The notes: generated by a model from the sequence alone, not told the origin. A stretch of 64,000 bases of DNA from Flavobacteriales bacterium (GCA_965661855.1 CBFIFL010000004.1:7147-71146), one strand, 5' to 3'. Positions 51,201 to 60,360 are shown, counted from the stretch's first letter. A program made the numbers and translations.

Positions 51201-51640
51201 TTAATAATAGTGATGCTGAGAGTTATGAATGGAGTTTTCAAGGTGAGCAAAACACTGATCAGAACCCAGAGTTCATGAGTGAAATAGAGGGTGATTTTTG
51301 CCTGACTTTAGTGACAAACAATAGTTTTAATTGTAGAGATACGTTTACTTATTGTTTTCCTGTTTACGATAATCTAGAGTTGATAACCACTAATTCATTA
51401 ACCCCTAATAATGATGGATTTAATGATTTATGGATTATTGAAGGGACTCAACAGTTTACTTTGATAGTAAACATTTATGATAGATGGGGAGGATTGGTAT
51501 ATTCTTCAAAAGATTATGAAAATGACTTTGATGGAACAGCTAATAATGGAGAATTGTTAGAGGGAACGTATTTCTATGTTATCACAGCAGTAGAAAACCC
51601 AGAAGTTAAAAAGTCAGGATACATTCAAGTATTCCGCTAA
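48266..51640 (+). CDS. large secreted glycine-rich protein with Ig/PKD-like repeats and a T9SS type-B C-terminal sorting domain
   Basis: Signal peptide. Gly-rich blocks (GGGGGNALSAGGGGGAS...). Repeated Cys-pair Ig-like modules. The C-terminal ~90 aa (NDGFNDLWIIEG...GTYFYVI...) match the gliding-associated/type-B CTD. Confidence 0.75.
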   Translation: MKPFLFYLFILLSSTLSFSQKGKDGDLVVSSQIQINTYTYLTDDATTGDNYILVSSNLLSGSFFSNPLTGGDLIFIYQAQGADMKTDNDEGYGELVNINGAGCYDLVQVSRVSGSDSIFLDCPISHDYSSSGSTQIVRVPRLNSLEIEVAGELTCQAWNGQTGGAILLEVKSEMIVDGSINADGKGFRGGGKENILSNRSGFDFTGTNLIGGRKGEGVSSYIDEYGRGAALNGGGGGNALSAGGGGGASITESLDSYFGYGLANSFITGAQAWQLESQDLVGLPSIGGGRGGYAQAENDLNALVVGPNDVNWGLGNRNNSGGLGGRPLTFDSERIFMSGGGGAGANEQGDSGSGGSGGGLIYIQSFDDVSGSGLISANGADGEDAGFAAGGGGAGGTILINSRETISDIQVEAIGGNGGNQIGNSIACGPGGGGTGGLICLSNDVSNNVNGGNSGTTDSDLLSEFPVNGSTDGNDGLIKTDLTNYQIIGEIDTICKGSNIIQVAQFEGSLPPGSNIEWYDAPFGGNLIQVGNSISIQNIQNDTTVYLSVCPSSYRESYGFYVDRDALAEAGNDTLTCPNTSLQLSGSGGIQFTWEPAEFLDNASISNPNVSISSSQMFYLEIVAENGCSDRDSVFVDYVDELDLTTNGSATICYGEEHILSVQGANNYTWSGSQIISNQNDSIWVKPLLDTIYHVVGTNNAGCIGYDSISVNVHDEIIYNLTNDTTICDNNCITLSVSMPNAGFGEFRQIWNDNVFTSGLLDCIDQDTTHYIEIQNNFTGCVIEDSTVILLSQINHLYTSQDLCLGSVIQLQDASQSASGSITSILWDFDNGESQIGLNFNYTFPDTGYYAFQVLMEDTFDCDFTFTDSIYIYPSPEGEILTSDLTMCQSDSILLWNSNFDLDSVSWWSNGLKIGDSDSLFFNETTEGTYDITSFIWDNACLDTVELNSPVVINPRTIADFSIAQGNDTIRPLEIIEVINNSDAESYEWSFQGEQNTDQNPEFMSEIEGDFCLTLVTNNSFNCRDTFTYCFPVYDNLELITTNSLTPNNDGFNDLWIIEGTQQFTLIVNIYDRWGGLVYSSKDYENDFDGTANNGELLEGTYFYVITAVENPEVKKSGYIQVFR

Positions 51641-52341
51641 ATAGAATAAGTCAAAATCGATAGTGTAAATCCAACTATTACCGATAATAATTTAATTGCA
51701 TTAAAACGATGGTTTTCTGAAATCTCAAACAATATGGTTGTTGAGATATGGAGCATCATTCCGAGCACGATTGCTAAAGAAGGCACATGCGCGGATTCAC
51801 CAATAATGTTTTCACCTGCAAATGACCCTAAAACAGGCATTAATGAAAATATAAACAAGATTAAAATGGGAATGTATTTTTTTCCAGCGTAAGAGACTTT
51901 AAGCATCGATGCTAAAACAACCGCTACAGGAAGTTTATGCATGATTATACCAGCCAGTAAATGCCCGTGATCATGACTGTCTCCATGTTCGTGAAATCCA
52001 AATGGAGTCCCTTCCCAAAAAGCATGTATACACAGACTAATTATTAATCCGGTCGGAATTTTATTCCCGTGTAAATGTGCGTGCCCATGTTCTGAACCTC
52101 TCGAAAAGAATTCCAAAACGATTTGAAGTAAGAATCCAAGTAAAATGTAAATTCCTATTTCCGTGAACTGTTCCGATTCCACGTAAATAGAAGGAATGAT
52201 ATGCATGACACAAGTAGAAAGAAGAAAGGCTCCACTAAATGAAAGGAGTAACTTGATCCAAGCACTTTTTTCTTTCTTGATGAATAGAAACGAAAGTAGC
52301 CCGGTTAAAAAAGTAGTTCCAAATAATAATCCTTCTTCCAA
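51637..52341 (-). CDS. ZIP-family divalent metal transporter
   Basis: His-rich loops (HEHGDSHDHGHLL) and the conserved ZIP TM layout. Confidence 0.75.
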   Translation of the reverse strand: MEEGLLFGTTFLTGLLSFLFIKKEKSAWIKLLLSFSGAFLLSTCVMHIIPSIYVESEQFTEIGIYILLGFLLQIVLEFFSRGSEHGHAHLHGNKIPTGLIISLCIHAFWEGTPFGFHEHGDSHDHGHLLAGIIMHKLPVAVVLASMLKVSYAGKKYIPILILFIFSLMPVLGSFAGENIIGESAHVPSLAIVLGMMLHISTTILFEISENHRFNAIKLLSVIVGFTLSILTYSI

Positions 52342-52344
52342 AAT

Positions 52345-53091
52345 CTAAGATTTTTTTGCAATGATAATCAATCTATCTGACTCCATTTCATTAAACGGTT
52401 CTAGCCTATAAGATCCAAAGGTCTCTAAAATGGTCAGGTTTGCGCTTTCAAAGTACTTTTCGAAATCATTCATCATGATACCTTGTACTCTTTCCGTAAA
52501 ATGGAAGTCTTCACCTTTATCGCTAAACTTGATGTGTTTTTTGATAAATGTACCATCAAATTCACGCTCAATGTTGAAAGTAATACCTTCAATTGTTTTG
52601 CTTTCTTTAGCTACTAAATTCGCTTCTACTTTATTCGCGTTTAGAAAATCCATTACGAAAACTCCACCCGATTTTAATGATATGTTTACATTTCGAATGG
52701 CTCGGTAATTATCACTATCCTTTTCGAAATAACCGTAACTGGTGAAAAGATTCGTTATTAAATCAAAATAGTTAGAATAGAAAGGCATTCTCATGTCATG
52801 AGTATAAAACTTCAAACCAGGAAGCTTATTCTTTCTTGCTTCTAGTATGCTGTTCTCGCTTATATCTGTTCCAATAACCTCTTTAAATGATTTCTTTAAG
52901 GCTAATGCATGTCTTCCTTTACCACAGGCTAAATCTAACACGGTAGCTTTTTGATCAAGACCTAAATGAGAAACAAGTCTATCGATAAAAGCGTTAGCTT
53001 CCGTATAGTCACGTTTACCATAAAGTAGGTGATAATAGCTGGTATTAAACCAGTATTTAAACCAATTACCAGCGTCGTTTTGATTTTCCAT
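52345..53091 (-). CDS. class I SAM-dependent methyltransferase
   Basis: Motif I VLDLACGKGRHAL. Confidence 0.65.
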   Translation of the reverse strand: MENQNDAGNWFKYWFNTSYYHLLYGKRDYTEANAFIDRLVSHLGLDQKATVLDLACGKGRHALALKKSFKEVIGTDISENSILEARKNKLPGLKFYTHDMRMPFYSNYFDLITNLFTSYGYFEKDSDNYRAIRNVNISLKSGGVFVMDFLNANKVEANLVAKESKTIEGITFNIEREFDGTFIKKHIKFSDKGEDFHFTERVQGIMMNDFEKYFESANLTILETFGSYRLEPFNEMESDRLIIIAKKS

Positions 53092-53139
53092 GAGAATTAT
53101 TGAGCCACAAAGTTAATCTATATTTGTCAAAACATTTAA

Positions 53140-54195
53140 ATGATGATTAAGTCTACACCATTCTGTTTGATGCCATGGGTTCACCTGCACTCAGGTTTAA
53201 AAGGAAAGGTTAGTGCTTGTTGTGTTGCAAATATCCCTTTGGGAAATATTAATCATCATTCTAAAGAGGAAATTTGGAATGGAGAGAAAATCAACCAGCT
53301 CAGGGAAAAATTTGCTAGTGGAGAAAGTGACAAACGCTGTTCGGTTTGTTTAAACTTAGAAGCTACTGGAGCCAAGAGTATTCGTCAAGAAACCATGGAT
53401 AAGTTTTCTGATTTGGATTTGAATGAAGTTTCATGGCCGGTTTATTACGATATCCGGTTTTCTAATCATTGCAATTTAGCCTGTACCACTTGCTGGCATG
53501 GTGCCAGTTCATCTTGGTTTAAAAAGGCTAAAGCATCGGGAACAAATATTTCAGATAAGGCCTTGATTCAAAATGTAAGCAATTGGAAGGTTTTTATTGA
53601 TAGGTGGGGAGAAGGATTGATTAATGCTAAAGAAATATACCTAGCTGGGGGTGAACCATTATTAATGGAAGAACATTACCAATTGCTCGATTTTTTGATT
53701 GAGAATGGAAATACAGATGTTCACCTGCGTTACAATAGTAATTTCACTCGATTAAACTTTAAAGATAAATCTGTTTTAGACTATTGGAAACAGTTTTCAA
53801 GGGTTGAGGTTCTTGCGAGTTTAGACATGGATAGAAGTCTAGGTGAAGAAATTCGAGAAGGTTTAAACTGGCAGAGAATTGAAGAAAACAGAAATGAACT
53901 GAGGCAAGTTAAACATGTTTCTTTCAAAATCTCACCGACAATTAGCTCACTTAATGTGTTATATCTAAAGGACTATTTTATTCGACTGATAGAAAACTAT
54001 TTTATTGGTCCGAACGACTTTTACATCAACATCTTAGATCGTCCATTAGAGTATAATATTCAAAGTCTATCTGATTCGGATAAAGAAAGCGTTCATTCTT
54101 CATTGTCAGAGTTAATTCAGTATTTAGCAGATAAAGGAGCTGAAAAAGAAACGCTAAGAAGTATTCAGGATATAATCGGTCACCTAGACTTGTAA
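53140..54195 (+). CDS. radical SAM domain protein with a Cys-rich N-terminal extension
   Basis: CX3CX2C at CNLACTTC. The N-terminal 75 aa carry an extra Cys pattern (FCLMPW...ACC...CSVC). The family was not recognised. Confidence 0.55.
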   Translation: MMIKSTPFCLMPWVHLHSGLKGKVSACCVANIPLGNINHHSKEEIWNGEKINQLREKFASGESDKRCSVCLNLEATGAKSIRQETMDKFSDLDLNEVSWPVYYDIRFSNHCNLACTTCWHGASSSWFKKAKASGTNISDKALIQNVSNWKVFIDRWGEGLINAKEIYLAGGEPLLMEEHYQLLDFLIENGNTDVHLRYNSNFTRLNFKDKSVLDYWKQFSRVEVLASLDMDRSLGEEIREGLNWQRIEENRNELRQVKHVSFKISPTISSLNVLYLKDYFIRLIENYFIGPNDFYINILDRPLEYNIQSLSDSDKESVHSSLSELIQYLADKGAEKETLRSIQDIIGHLDL

Positions 54196-54197
54196 AT

Positions 54198-54227
54198 GGG
54201 TTGCGTCCCCTAATCGGGGACGCAACC
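54198..54227. repeat. 13-bp perfect GC-rich inverted repeat (gggttgcgtcccc-taat-ggggacgcaaccc) between the convergent rSAM gene and sodA
   Basis: Verified by hand. No flanking U/A tract. Confidence 0.8.
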
Positions 54228-54296
54228 CTAATATATGCAAAACAAAAAAGTCTCGCCAAATGACGAGACTTTTGAATTATTATTTAGAAGTTCTAA

Positions 54297-54905
54297 TTAC
54301 TTCGCTGCAGCGAAATTTTCAGCAACTTTTTCCCAATTGATTACATTGAAGAAAGCGTTGATATAATCAGGTCTTCTGTTTTGGTAGTTTAAGTAATAAG
54401 CATGCTCCCAAACATCTAATCCTAAGATTGGAGTTCCAGCACAGTCAACAACATCCATTAATGGGTTGTCTTGGTTTGCAGTAGAACAAACTTTTAAAGA
54501 ACCATCAGGCATAACACATAACCAAGCCCATCCTGAACCGAATTGAGTGGCAGCTGCGTTAGAGAATGCTTCTTTGAAAGAATCAAAAGAACCAAAAGCA
54601 GCGTCAATTGCACTTGCAACTTCTCCTGTTGGTAATCCACCTCCGTTTGGAGACATTACTTCCCAGAAAAGACAGTGATTGAAGAATCCTCCACCGTTGT
54701 TTCTAATTCCAGCAGACTGGCTAGAAATATTCTTTAAAATATCTTCGATTGATTTTCCTGCTAAGTCAGTTCCTTCGATAGCAGCGTTTAATTTACTTGT
54801 ATAACCAGCATGGTGTTTTCCATGGTGGATTTGCATTGTCATTGTATCGATATGTGGTTCCAATGCGTCAAAACCGTAAGCTAATTGTGGTAATTCAAAT
54901 GCCAT
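54297..54905 (-). CDS. sodA: Fe/Mn superoxide dismutase
   Basis: [28 protein letters not shown] and a DVWEHAYY motif. Confidence 0.93.
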   Translation of the reverse strand: MAFELPQLAYGFDALEPHIDTMTMQIHHGKHHAGYTSKLNAAIEGTDLAGKSIEDILKNISSQSAGIRNNGGGFFNHCLFWEVMSPNGGGLPTGEVASAIDAAFGSFDSFKEAFSNAAATQFGSGWAWLCVMPDGSLKVCSTANQDNPLMDVVDCAGTPILGLDVWEHAYYLNYQNRRPDYINAFFNVINWEKVAENFAAAK

Positions 54906-54980
54906 GTTTATTTGTTTTTAATTATACTTTAAAGGTAATAAGTAAAGTAAGAAGTATGTGAATTCCGGATGAATTTTTCA

Positions 54981-56426
54981 TTAATGCTTTGAATCATTGT
55001 TCTTTATGAATTCCAAATAACGGTCATTCATCATTCTCATTTCACTTGCAGTGTTGTTTCCGTAAATCAAATCACCAATTTCTGCTGCAATTAAACGAGA
55101 TACATAGTCTTTCTCCCATGCAGATAGTTTGGCTTCGTTTACCAATTGCTTAAAGAAAGTCTCTCTCTTGTCAAGTAAATCTTTTGGTAAGTATTTTTTA
55201 AGTACCTCCTGATCTTGAATGGTATACGATAAAATCTTGTTTAAGAATCCAAGTGTATAAATCTTATTGATTTCAGTGTAGTTGGAAACGGTGTCAATTG
55301 GAATTTCCACGTTAGGTTTGATTCCATACGATATTGAATCGTCAATTTCATTGTAATATTCACTCTCAGCAACATCTTTATATGGTCGTTGAATGCAAAT
55401 ACCAGCTGGAGTATAATATTTAGCAACTACCAATCTGAATCCACCTGTGTTCGGCAAATCAAACTGTTGTTGAACTAATCCTTTACCAAATGTATTTCGT
55501 CCTATTACACGCGCTTTTTCGTGATATTGAAGAGAACCAGCTAAAATTTCCGAGGCAGATGCAGAATTTTCGTTAACCCAAATGTCCAAATTAAGATGTT
55601 TGAACGGTCCGTCAAGTTCAGCTTTGTATTCAACTCTTGCCTGATTTTCTCCTTCTGTGTAAGTTATAAGGTCACCTTTGCTTAAAAATAAACGCGCTAT
55701 ATCAACAGCATTTTGTAGGCTTCCTCCACCGTTATCTCGAAGGTCTATACTTAAGTTTTGAAAATCTTTTTCAATAGAGTTTAAAGAATCCAAAAACTCT
55801 TTAAAGCTTCTATGCGAAAATCGATTTAGTCTAATGTAATAATGACCAGAGTTTAATTCGAAGAATGAATTGATACTTTCAATCGGAATCTCAGCTCGAG
55901 AAATATCGACTGTTTTGATTAATTTTTTTCGTTTGTAAGTAACCGATGTAGCTTCACCAACTCTACCTTTTAGATTCGCTAATAAACTATCGTTGGTAAA
56001 TGTTTTAGAAATAGTATTGCCCCCGGCACCAATAACTTGATCACCCAGTTGTAGACCGGCTAATCGTGCAGGCCCTTCATCCAGCGTACTTAATATAGTT
56101 ATGGTATCATTAATGATTCGATAAGAGACTCCGATACCTCCGAAATGACCGTTTAAGCTTTCGTTTACACCAGTGATTTCAACTGGAGGAATGTAATAAG
56201 AATGAGGATCAAGTTCAGCTAAAGTCCGTTCGATTAAAGCCTCTTCTAGTTTATTCCAATCTAAAGAATCAACGTAATTGCTTTGAATTTCATTGACTAA
56301 ATAGTTGAATGAATGAAGTTTCGTAGGTGAAGAAGCAGTCACACTGTTATGTGAGAAGTTCTTCCCTAAGAATATTCCTAGCATTAGTATAAAAGCACTT
56401 AATAAAGGAACGTACTTCGTTTTCAT
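54981..56426 (-). CDS. S41 C-terminal processing peptidase
   Basis: PDZ region and S41 catalytic region (GRNTFGKGLVQ). The start is taken at the ATG at 56426, giving an ATGA overlap with the upstream stop. Confidence 0.8.
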   Translation of the reverse strand: MKTKYVPLLSAFILMLGIFLGKNFSHNSVTASSPTKLHSFNYLVNEIQSNYVDSLDWNKLEEALIERTLAELDPHSYYIPPVEITGVNESLNGHFGGIGVSYRIINDTITILSTLDEGPARLAGLQLGDQVIGAGGNTISKTFTNDSLLANLKGRVGEATSVTYKRKKLIKTVDISRAEIPIESINSFFELNSGHYYIRLNRFSHRSFKEFLDSLNSIEKDFQNLSIDLRDNGGGSLQNAVDIARLFLSKGDLITYTEGENQARVEYKAELDGPFKHLNLDIWVNENSASASEILAGSLQYHEKARVIGRNTFGKGLVQQQFDLPNTGGFRLVVAKYYTPAGICIQRPYKDVAESEYYNEIDDSISYGIKPNVEIPIDTVSNYTEINKIYTLGFLNKILSYTIQDQEVLKKYLPKDLLDKRETFFKQLVNEAKLSAWEKDYVSRLIAAEIGDLIYGNNTASEMRMMNDRYLEFIKNNDSKH

Positions 56427-56872
56427 TCGTTTATTTCTTGAAGGTGACACAATTCAACACCTGCTTTTTCAAGGAAATCAATTCCCGAAGTGTCTTTGTA
56501 CTTATTGATAAAGACAACTCTATTGATACCTGCTTGAATAATCAGCTTACTACAATCTTGACAAGGAGAAAGAGTGATGTATAAAGTACTTCCTTCACAA
56601 CTATTATTTGATCGAGCAACTTTTAAAATAGCATTAGCTTCTGCATGAAGTACATACCATTTTGTAGAACCCTCATCTGTTTCGCACATGTTCTCAAAAC
56701 CAGAAGGCGTTCCGTTATAACCATCTGCGATGATGGTACCATTTTTCACAATAATAGCTCCAACTTGCTTTCTCGTACAGTGAGAAAGTTTAGCCCATTC
56801 ACTTGCCATTCTTAGGTATGCTTGATCGTACCTTTTTTGTTTTAATAGTTCGTAAGAATCGTTTTCTTGCAT
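56423..56872 (-). CDS. dCMP (CMP/dCMP-type) deaminase
   Basis: HAEANAI...PCQDCSKLI zinc-binding motifs. Confidence 0.85.
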   Translation of the reverse strand: MQENDSYELLKQKRYDQAYLRMASEWAKLSHCTRKQVGAIIVKNGTIIADGYNGTPSGFENMCETDEGSTKWYVLHAEANAILKVARSNNSCEGSTLYITLSPCQDCSKLIIQAGINRVVFINKYKDTSGIDFLEKAGVELCHLQEINE

Positions 56873-56937
56873 AGTATAAAGGTCGTAATTTTAAACAATT
56901 CCATAACATCATAGTTCTCTTTACTTAAATAACCATT

Positions 56938-57465
56938 ATGAAAAAGCTGATCACATTATTATTTCTTCTTTCTGTTTTAGTTTCAAACGCTCAAAGCATT
57001 TATGATAAGGAGTTTAAAATCAATGGACTATTGGGGGACACGGTAGAATTAAATTCGTTTAAAGGGAAGAAGGTGTTAATAGTTAATGTGGCTTCTAAAT
57101 GTGGGTATACTCCGCAGTATGCCGGACTGCAAAAGCTGTATGATGCACATAAAGATAGTTTGGTAATTATAGGTTTTCCATGTAATCAGTTTATGTCTCA
57201 AGAGCCAGGAGACGCCACTGAAATCCATGGGTTTTGTCAAAAAAACTATGGAGTGACTTTTCAAATGACCGAAAAGGTTGATGTTAAAGGAAGTGAGCAA
57301 AATGAGGTTTACCAATGGTTGACTCAAAAATCGCTTAACGGCTTTGATGATTCAAAAGTGAAATGGAATTTTCAAAAATACCTTTTGGATGAGGAAGGTA
57401 AGCTTATAGCAGTATTTCCTTCAAATGTTAAGCCTCAAAGCACTGAGATTACTAATCTATTATAG
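56938..57465 (+). CDS. glutathione peroxidase (Cys-type)
   Basis: VNVASKCGYTPQY and GFPCNQF motifs. Confidence 0.88.
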   Translation: MKKLITLLFLLSVLVSNAQSIYDKEFKINGLLGDTVELNSFKGKKVLIVNVASKCGYTPQYAGLQKLYDAHKDSLVIIGFPCNQFMSQEPGDATEIHGFCQKNYGVTFQMTEKVDVKGSEQNEVYQWLTQKSLNGFDDSKVKWNFQKYLLDEEGKLIAVFPSNVKPQSTEITNLL

Positions 57466-57528
57466 ATTGTTATCCTTCAGTGTCTTTCAAGAAAGATAGT
57501 TATCTTTGCTCCCTTCAATAACTGAGCA

Positions 57529-59730
57529 ATGAGAAAACATATTTTAGCATTAATTACAATCGTTTTATTGTCAAAATCAGCATTCGCTACTGAGGGAATG
57601 TGGTTACCGTATTTACTATCTCAACTGAATGAGAAGGAAATGCAAGACATGGGCATGAAAATGTCGGCAGACGATATCTATTCGGTTAATCAATCGAGTT
57701 TGAAAGATGCTATTGTTAGGTTTGGAAGAGGTTGTACAGGAGAAATGATTTCTGATCAAGGATTACTATTAACCAATCATCATTGCGGGTACAGTCGAAT
57801 TGCAAGTCACTCTAGTGTAGAGAATGACTATTTAACTGATGGTTTTTGGGCAAAAACAAAGGAAGAAGAATTAAGAAATCCGGGTTTAACAGCAACGTTT
57901 ATTTCAAGAATTGAAGATGTAACGGGTTTAGCATTGGATAGCATTAATTCAGAAATGGATGAGCCGAAACGTCAAGAGATCATAGCTAGAAATATTGAGA
58001 GAATAAAAGAGAAGATATCGAAAGAAGAGTGGGAAGATATAGTGGTTAAGCCATTCTTTAAAGGAAACAAGTATATCGCTTTTATTACGGTTACTTATAC
58101 GGATATCAGATTTGTTGGTGCACCACCTTCAAGCGTAGGTAAGTTTGGTGCTGATACTGATAACTGGATGTGGCCAAGACACACTGGAGATTTTTCAATT
58201 TTCAGAATTTACGCTGATAAGAATAATAAACCAGCAGAATACAGTGAGGAGAACGTTCCTTACCATCCAGCTCACCATTTACCAATTTCAATGAAAGGGG
58301 TTAAAGAAGGTGATTTCTCAATGGTTTTCGGGTTTCCTGGAAGAACGAACGAATACCTTTCTTCATTTGCTGTTTCTCAAATTGTAAATGATTTAAACCC
58401 ACATAAAATCAAGGTTAGAGAATTAGCATTGGACATTATGGATGCTAAAATGAGAAAGGATGATGCTACTAGAATTAAGTATGCTTCGAAGTTTGCAGGT
58501 GTTGCTAATTATTGGAAAAAGTGGATTGGAGAAAGTGAAGGTGTTAGTACAACGAAGGGTGTCGAACGCAAGCAAGCTTTTGAAAAGGAATTCATGACTA
58601 GGGTTGACGCTAACCCAGAGTGGAAAAAGAATTACGGGAATTTATTGTCTGATTTTGAAAAGCTGTACACAGAGAACAAAAACAATAAATTGTTCAATGA
58701 CTTAATGAGTGAAATCGTCTTCAGAAATCCGGAGATTTTATACCATGCACGTAAGTTTGAAAATTTAGCATCGTTAGGATTAACAGGTAAGAAAGATGAT
58801 TATAATACGGAATTAGAAAAGCGTAAAAAGGCAGTAAGTGGATTCTTTAAAGGTTATGATGCTGATCTGGATAAAGAGATTATTGCTTCTCTTTTAACGT
58901 ACTACGTTCAAACCATGGATGCTGCATATATTCCAGATTACATAGGAGAATTAAATAACAAGTTTAAAGGAGATTTCAATAAAGCAATGTCATGGGTTTT
59001 TGATAAATCTGTGTTTACAGATCAGTCAAAATCTGAAGTATTACTTAACGGTAAAGCCAGTAAACTAAGCAAAACGGTACAGAAAGATCCATTATATAAG
59101 ATCGTAAGTTCGTTCCTTTCTATGTATAGAACGAAATACGGAGATGCTCTTGATAATTTTTACAATCAAGAATCTTTGTTGATGAGAACGTACATGAAGG
59201 CACAAATGGAAGTAATGTCAGAGAAGACATATTATCCTGATGCGAATAGTACAATGAGAGTTTCTTACGGTAAAGTGCAAGGTTTTAAGCCTAAAGACGG
59301 CGTGACTTATGATCATGTTTCTTACGCTGATGGAATCTTAGCAAAATATATCCCTGGAGATTATGAATTCGATTTACAGGATAAGTTGATTGAATTATAT
59401 AAGTCTAAAGATTATGGACAGTATGCGGATTCGAACGGTAAATTACCGGTTTGCTTCTTAGCTTCAAATCATACCACTGGAGGAAATTCAGGAAGTCCGG
59501 TAATTGATGCTGAAGGAAATTTCATTGGAATCAACTTTGACAGATGTTGGGAAAGCACAATGAGTGATATCAGCTATGATAAAACGCTTTGTAGAAATAT
59601 CGTAACAGATGCGAGATACATTTTGTTCATCATCGATAAGTACGCTGGAGCAGGTCACTTGATTGAGGAAATGACTTTGGTATTCGAAGAAGTTGAGGTG
59701 GAAAAGCAAGTAGTTGAAACCGAAGAGTAG
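57529..59730 (+). CDS. S46-family dipeptidyl-peptidase (DPP7/DPP11-like)
   Basis: N-terminal GMWLP, catalytic His region LLTNHHCG and Ser region TTGGNSGSPV. Confidence 0.8.
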   Translation: MRKHILALITIVLLSKSAFATEGMWLPYLLSQLNEKEMQDMGMKMSADDIYSVNQSSLKDAIVRFGRGCTGEMISDQGLLLTNHHCGYSRIASHSSVENDYLTDGFWAKTKEEELRNPGLTATFISRIEDVTGLALDSINSEMDEPKRQEIIARNIERIKEKISKEEWEDIVVKPFFKGNKYIAFITVTYTDIRFVGAPPSSVGKFGADTDNWMWPRHTGDFSIFRIYADKNNKPAEYSEENVPYHPAHHLPISMKGVKEGDFSMVFGFPGRTNEYLSSFAVSQIVNDLNPHKIKVRELALDIMDAKMRKDDATRIKYASKFAGVANYWKKWIGESEGVSTTKGVERKQAFEKEFMTRVDANPEWKKNYGNLLSDFEKLYTENKNNKLFNDLMSEIVFRNPEILYHARKFENLASLGLTGKKDDYNTELEKRKKAVSGFFKGYDADLDKEIIASLLTYYVQTMDAAYIPDYIGELNNKFKGDFNKAMSWVFDKSVFTDQSKSEVLLNGKASKLSKTVQKDPLYKIVSSFLSMYRTKYGDALDNFYNQESLLMRTYMKAQMEVMSEKTYYPDANSTMRVSYGKVQGFKPKDGVTYDHVSYADGILAKYIPGDYEFDLQDKLIELYKSKDYGQYADSNGKLPVCFLASNHTTGGNSGSPVIDAEGNFIGINFDRCWESTMSDISYDKTLCRNIVTDARYILFIIDKYAGAGHLIEEMTLVFEEVEVEKQVVETEE

Positions 59731-59763
59731 GTAGATACTTTAGCGAAATTTTAACAAGTATTA

Positions 59764-59839
59764 TTCGGGCGACCGCAAGGGTAGCCCCTACGTTGGGTGT
59801 TAACAAGTATAGTAGGGGCTACCCTTGCGGTCGCCCGAA
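59764..59839. repeat. 28-bp perfect inverted repeat with a 20-nt spacer (ttcgggcgaccgcaagggtagcccctac ... gtaggggctacccttgcggtcgcccgaa)
   Basis: Checked by hand; the arms are exact reverse complements. The spacer contains GTTAAC. It lies between the S46 peptidase 3' end and the convergent membrane-protein gene. Confidence 0.85.
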
Positions 59840-59876
59840 AACAATAGCTTCAGGTAAACTTAAGGAGTTTAATAAA

Positions 59877-60350
59877 CTAGGATTTCAAAATTTGTAGAAT
59901 GTGGTTTCTAATATTTTTAAATCCAAACGGTTTTTTAAAGTGTATTAGGAGTTTGTTTTCAAGTACCAAAACTTCACATTCTAATATTAACAACCTTTTA
60001 GCTTTTATCTCAATTGATGAATGATTTTCAAATTGATAATGATTTTTTACTTGCACATGCTTTTTAAGTTGTGAAACGCGTGTGGCATTTTCTTCCTTAC
60101 TTTTTTCGTTACTTATATGAAGAACTTTATTTCTAGATTTTATTCCTATCAATGTTAAGAAGAGCAGTGATAGAAAAATTATTGCGGTAACGATTAATGC
60201 AGGTTTAGATTTTGACGTAATATTATTGTTAAAGGCAACATATAAGGAACCAATGCAAACGGTGATTTCAAAGGCTATTAATATTCCCTGAAATAGATTG
60301 TCGAGAAGATTAGATCTTTTGATACTTTTTATAAATTCTTGCTCTGTCAT
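59877..60350 (-). CDS. hypothetical 2-TM membrane protein immediately downstream of hisIE
   Basis: Two hydrophobic helices and a Lys/Glu-rich C-terminal half; no motif found. The start is set at an internal Met (60350) to avoid a 32-nt overlap with hisIE, but this is uncertain. Confidence 0.3.
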   Translation of the reverse strand: MTEQEFIKSIKRSNLLDNLFQGILIAFEITVCIGSLYVAFNNNITSKSKPALIVTAIIFLSLLFLTLIGIKSRNKVLHISNEKSKEENATRVSQLKKHVQVKNHYQFENHSSIEIKAKRLLILECEVLVLENKLLIHFKKPFGFKNIRNHILQILKS

Positions 60351-60360
60351 AAACACAAAC

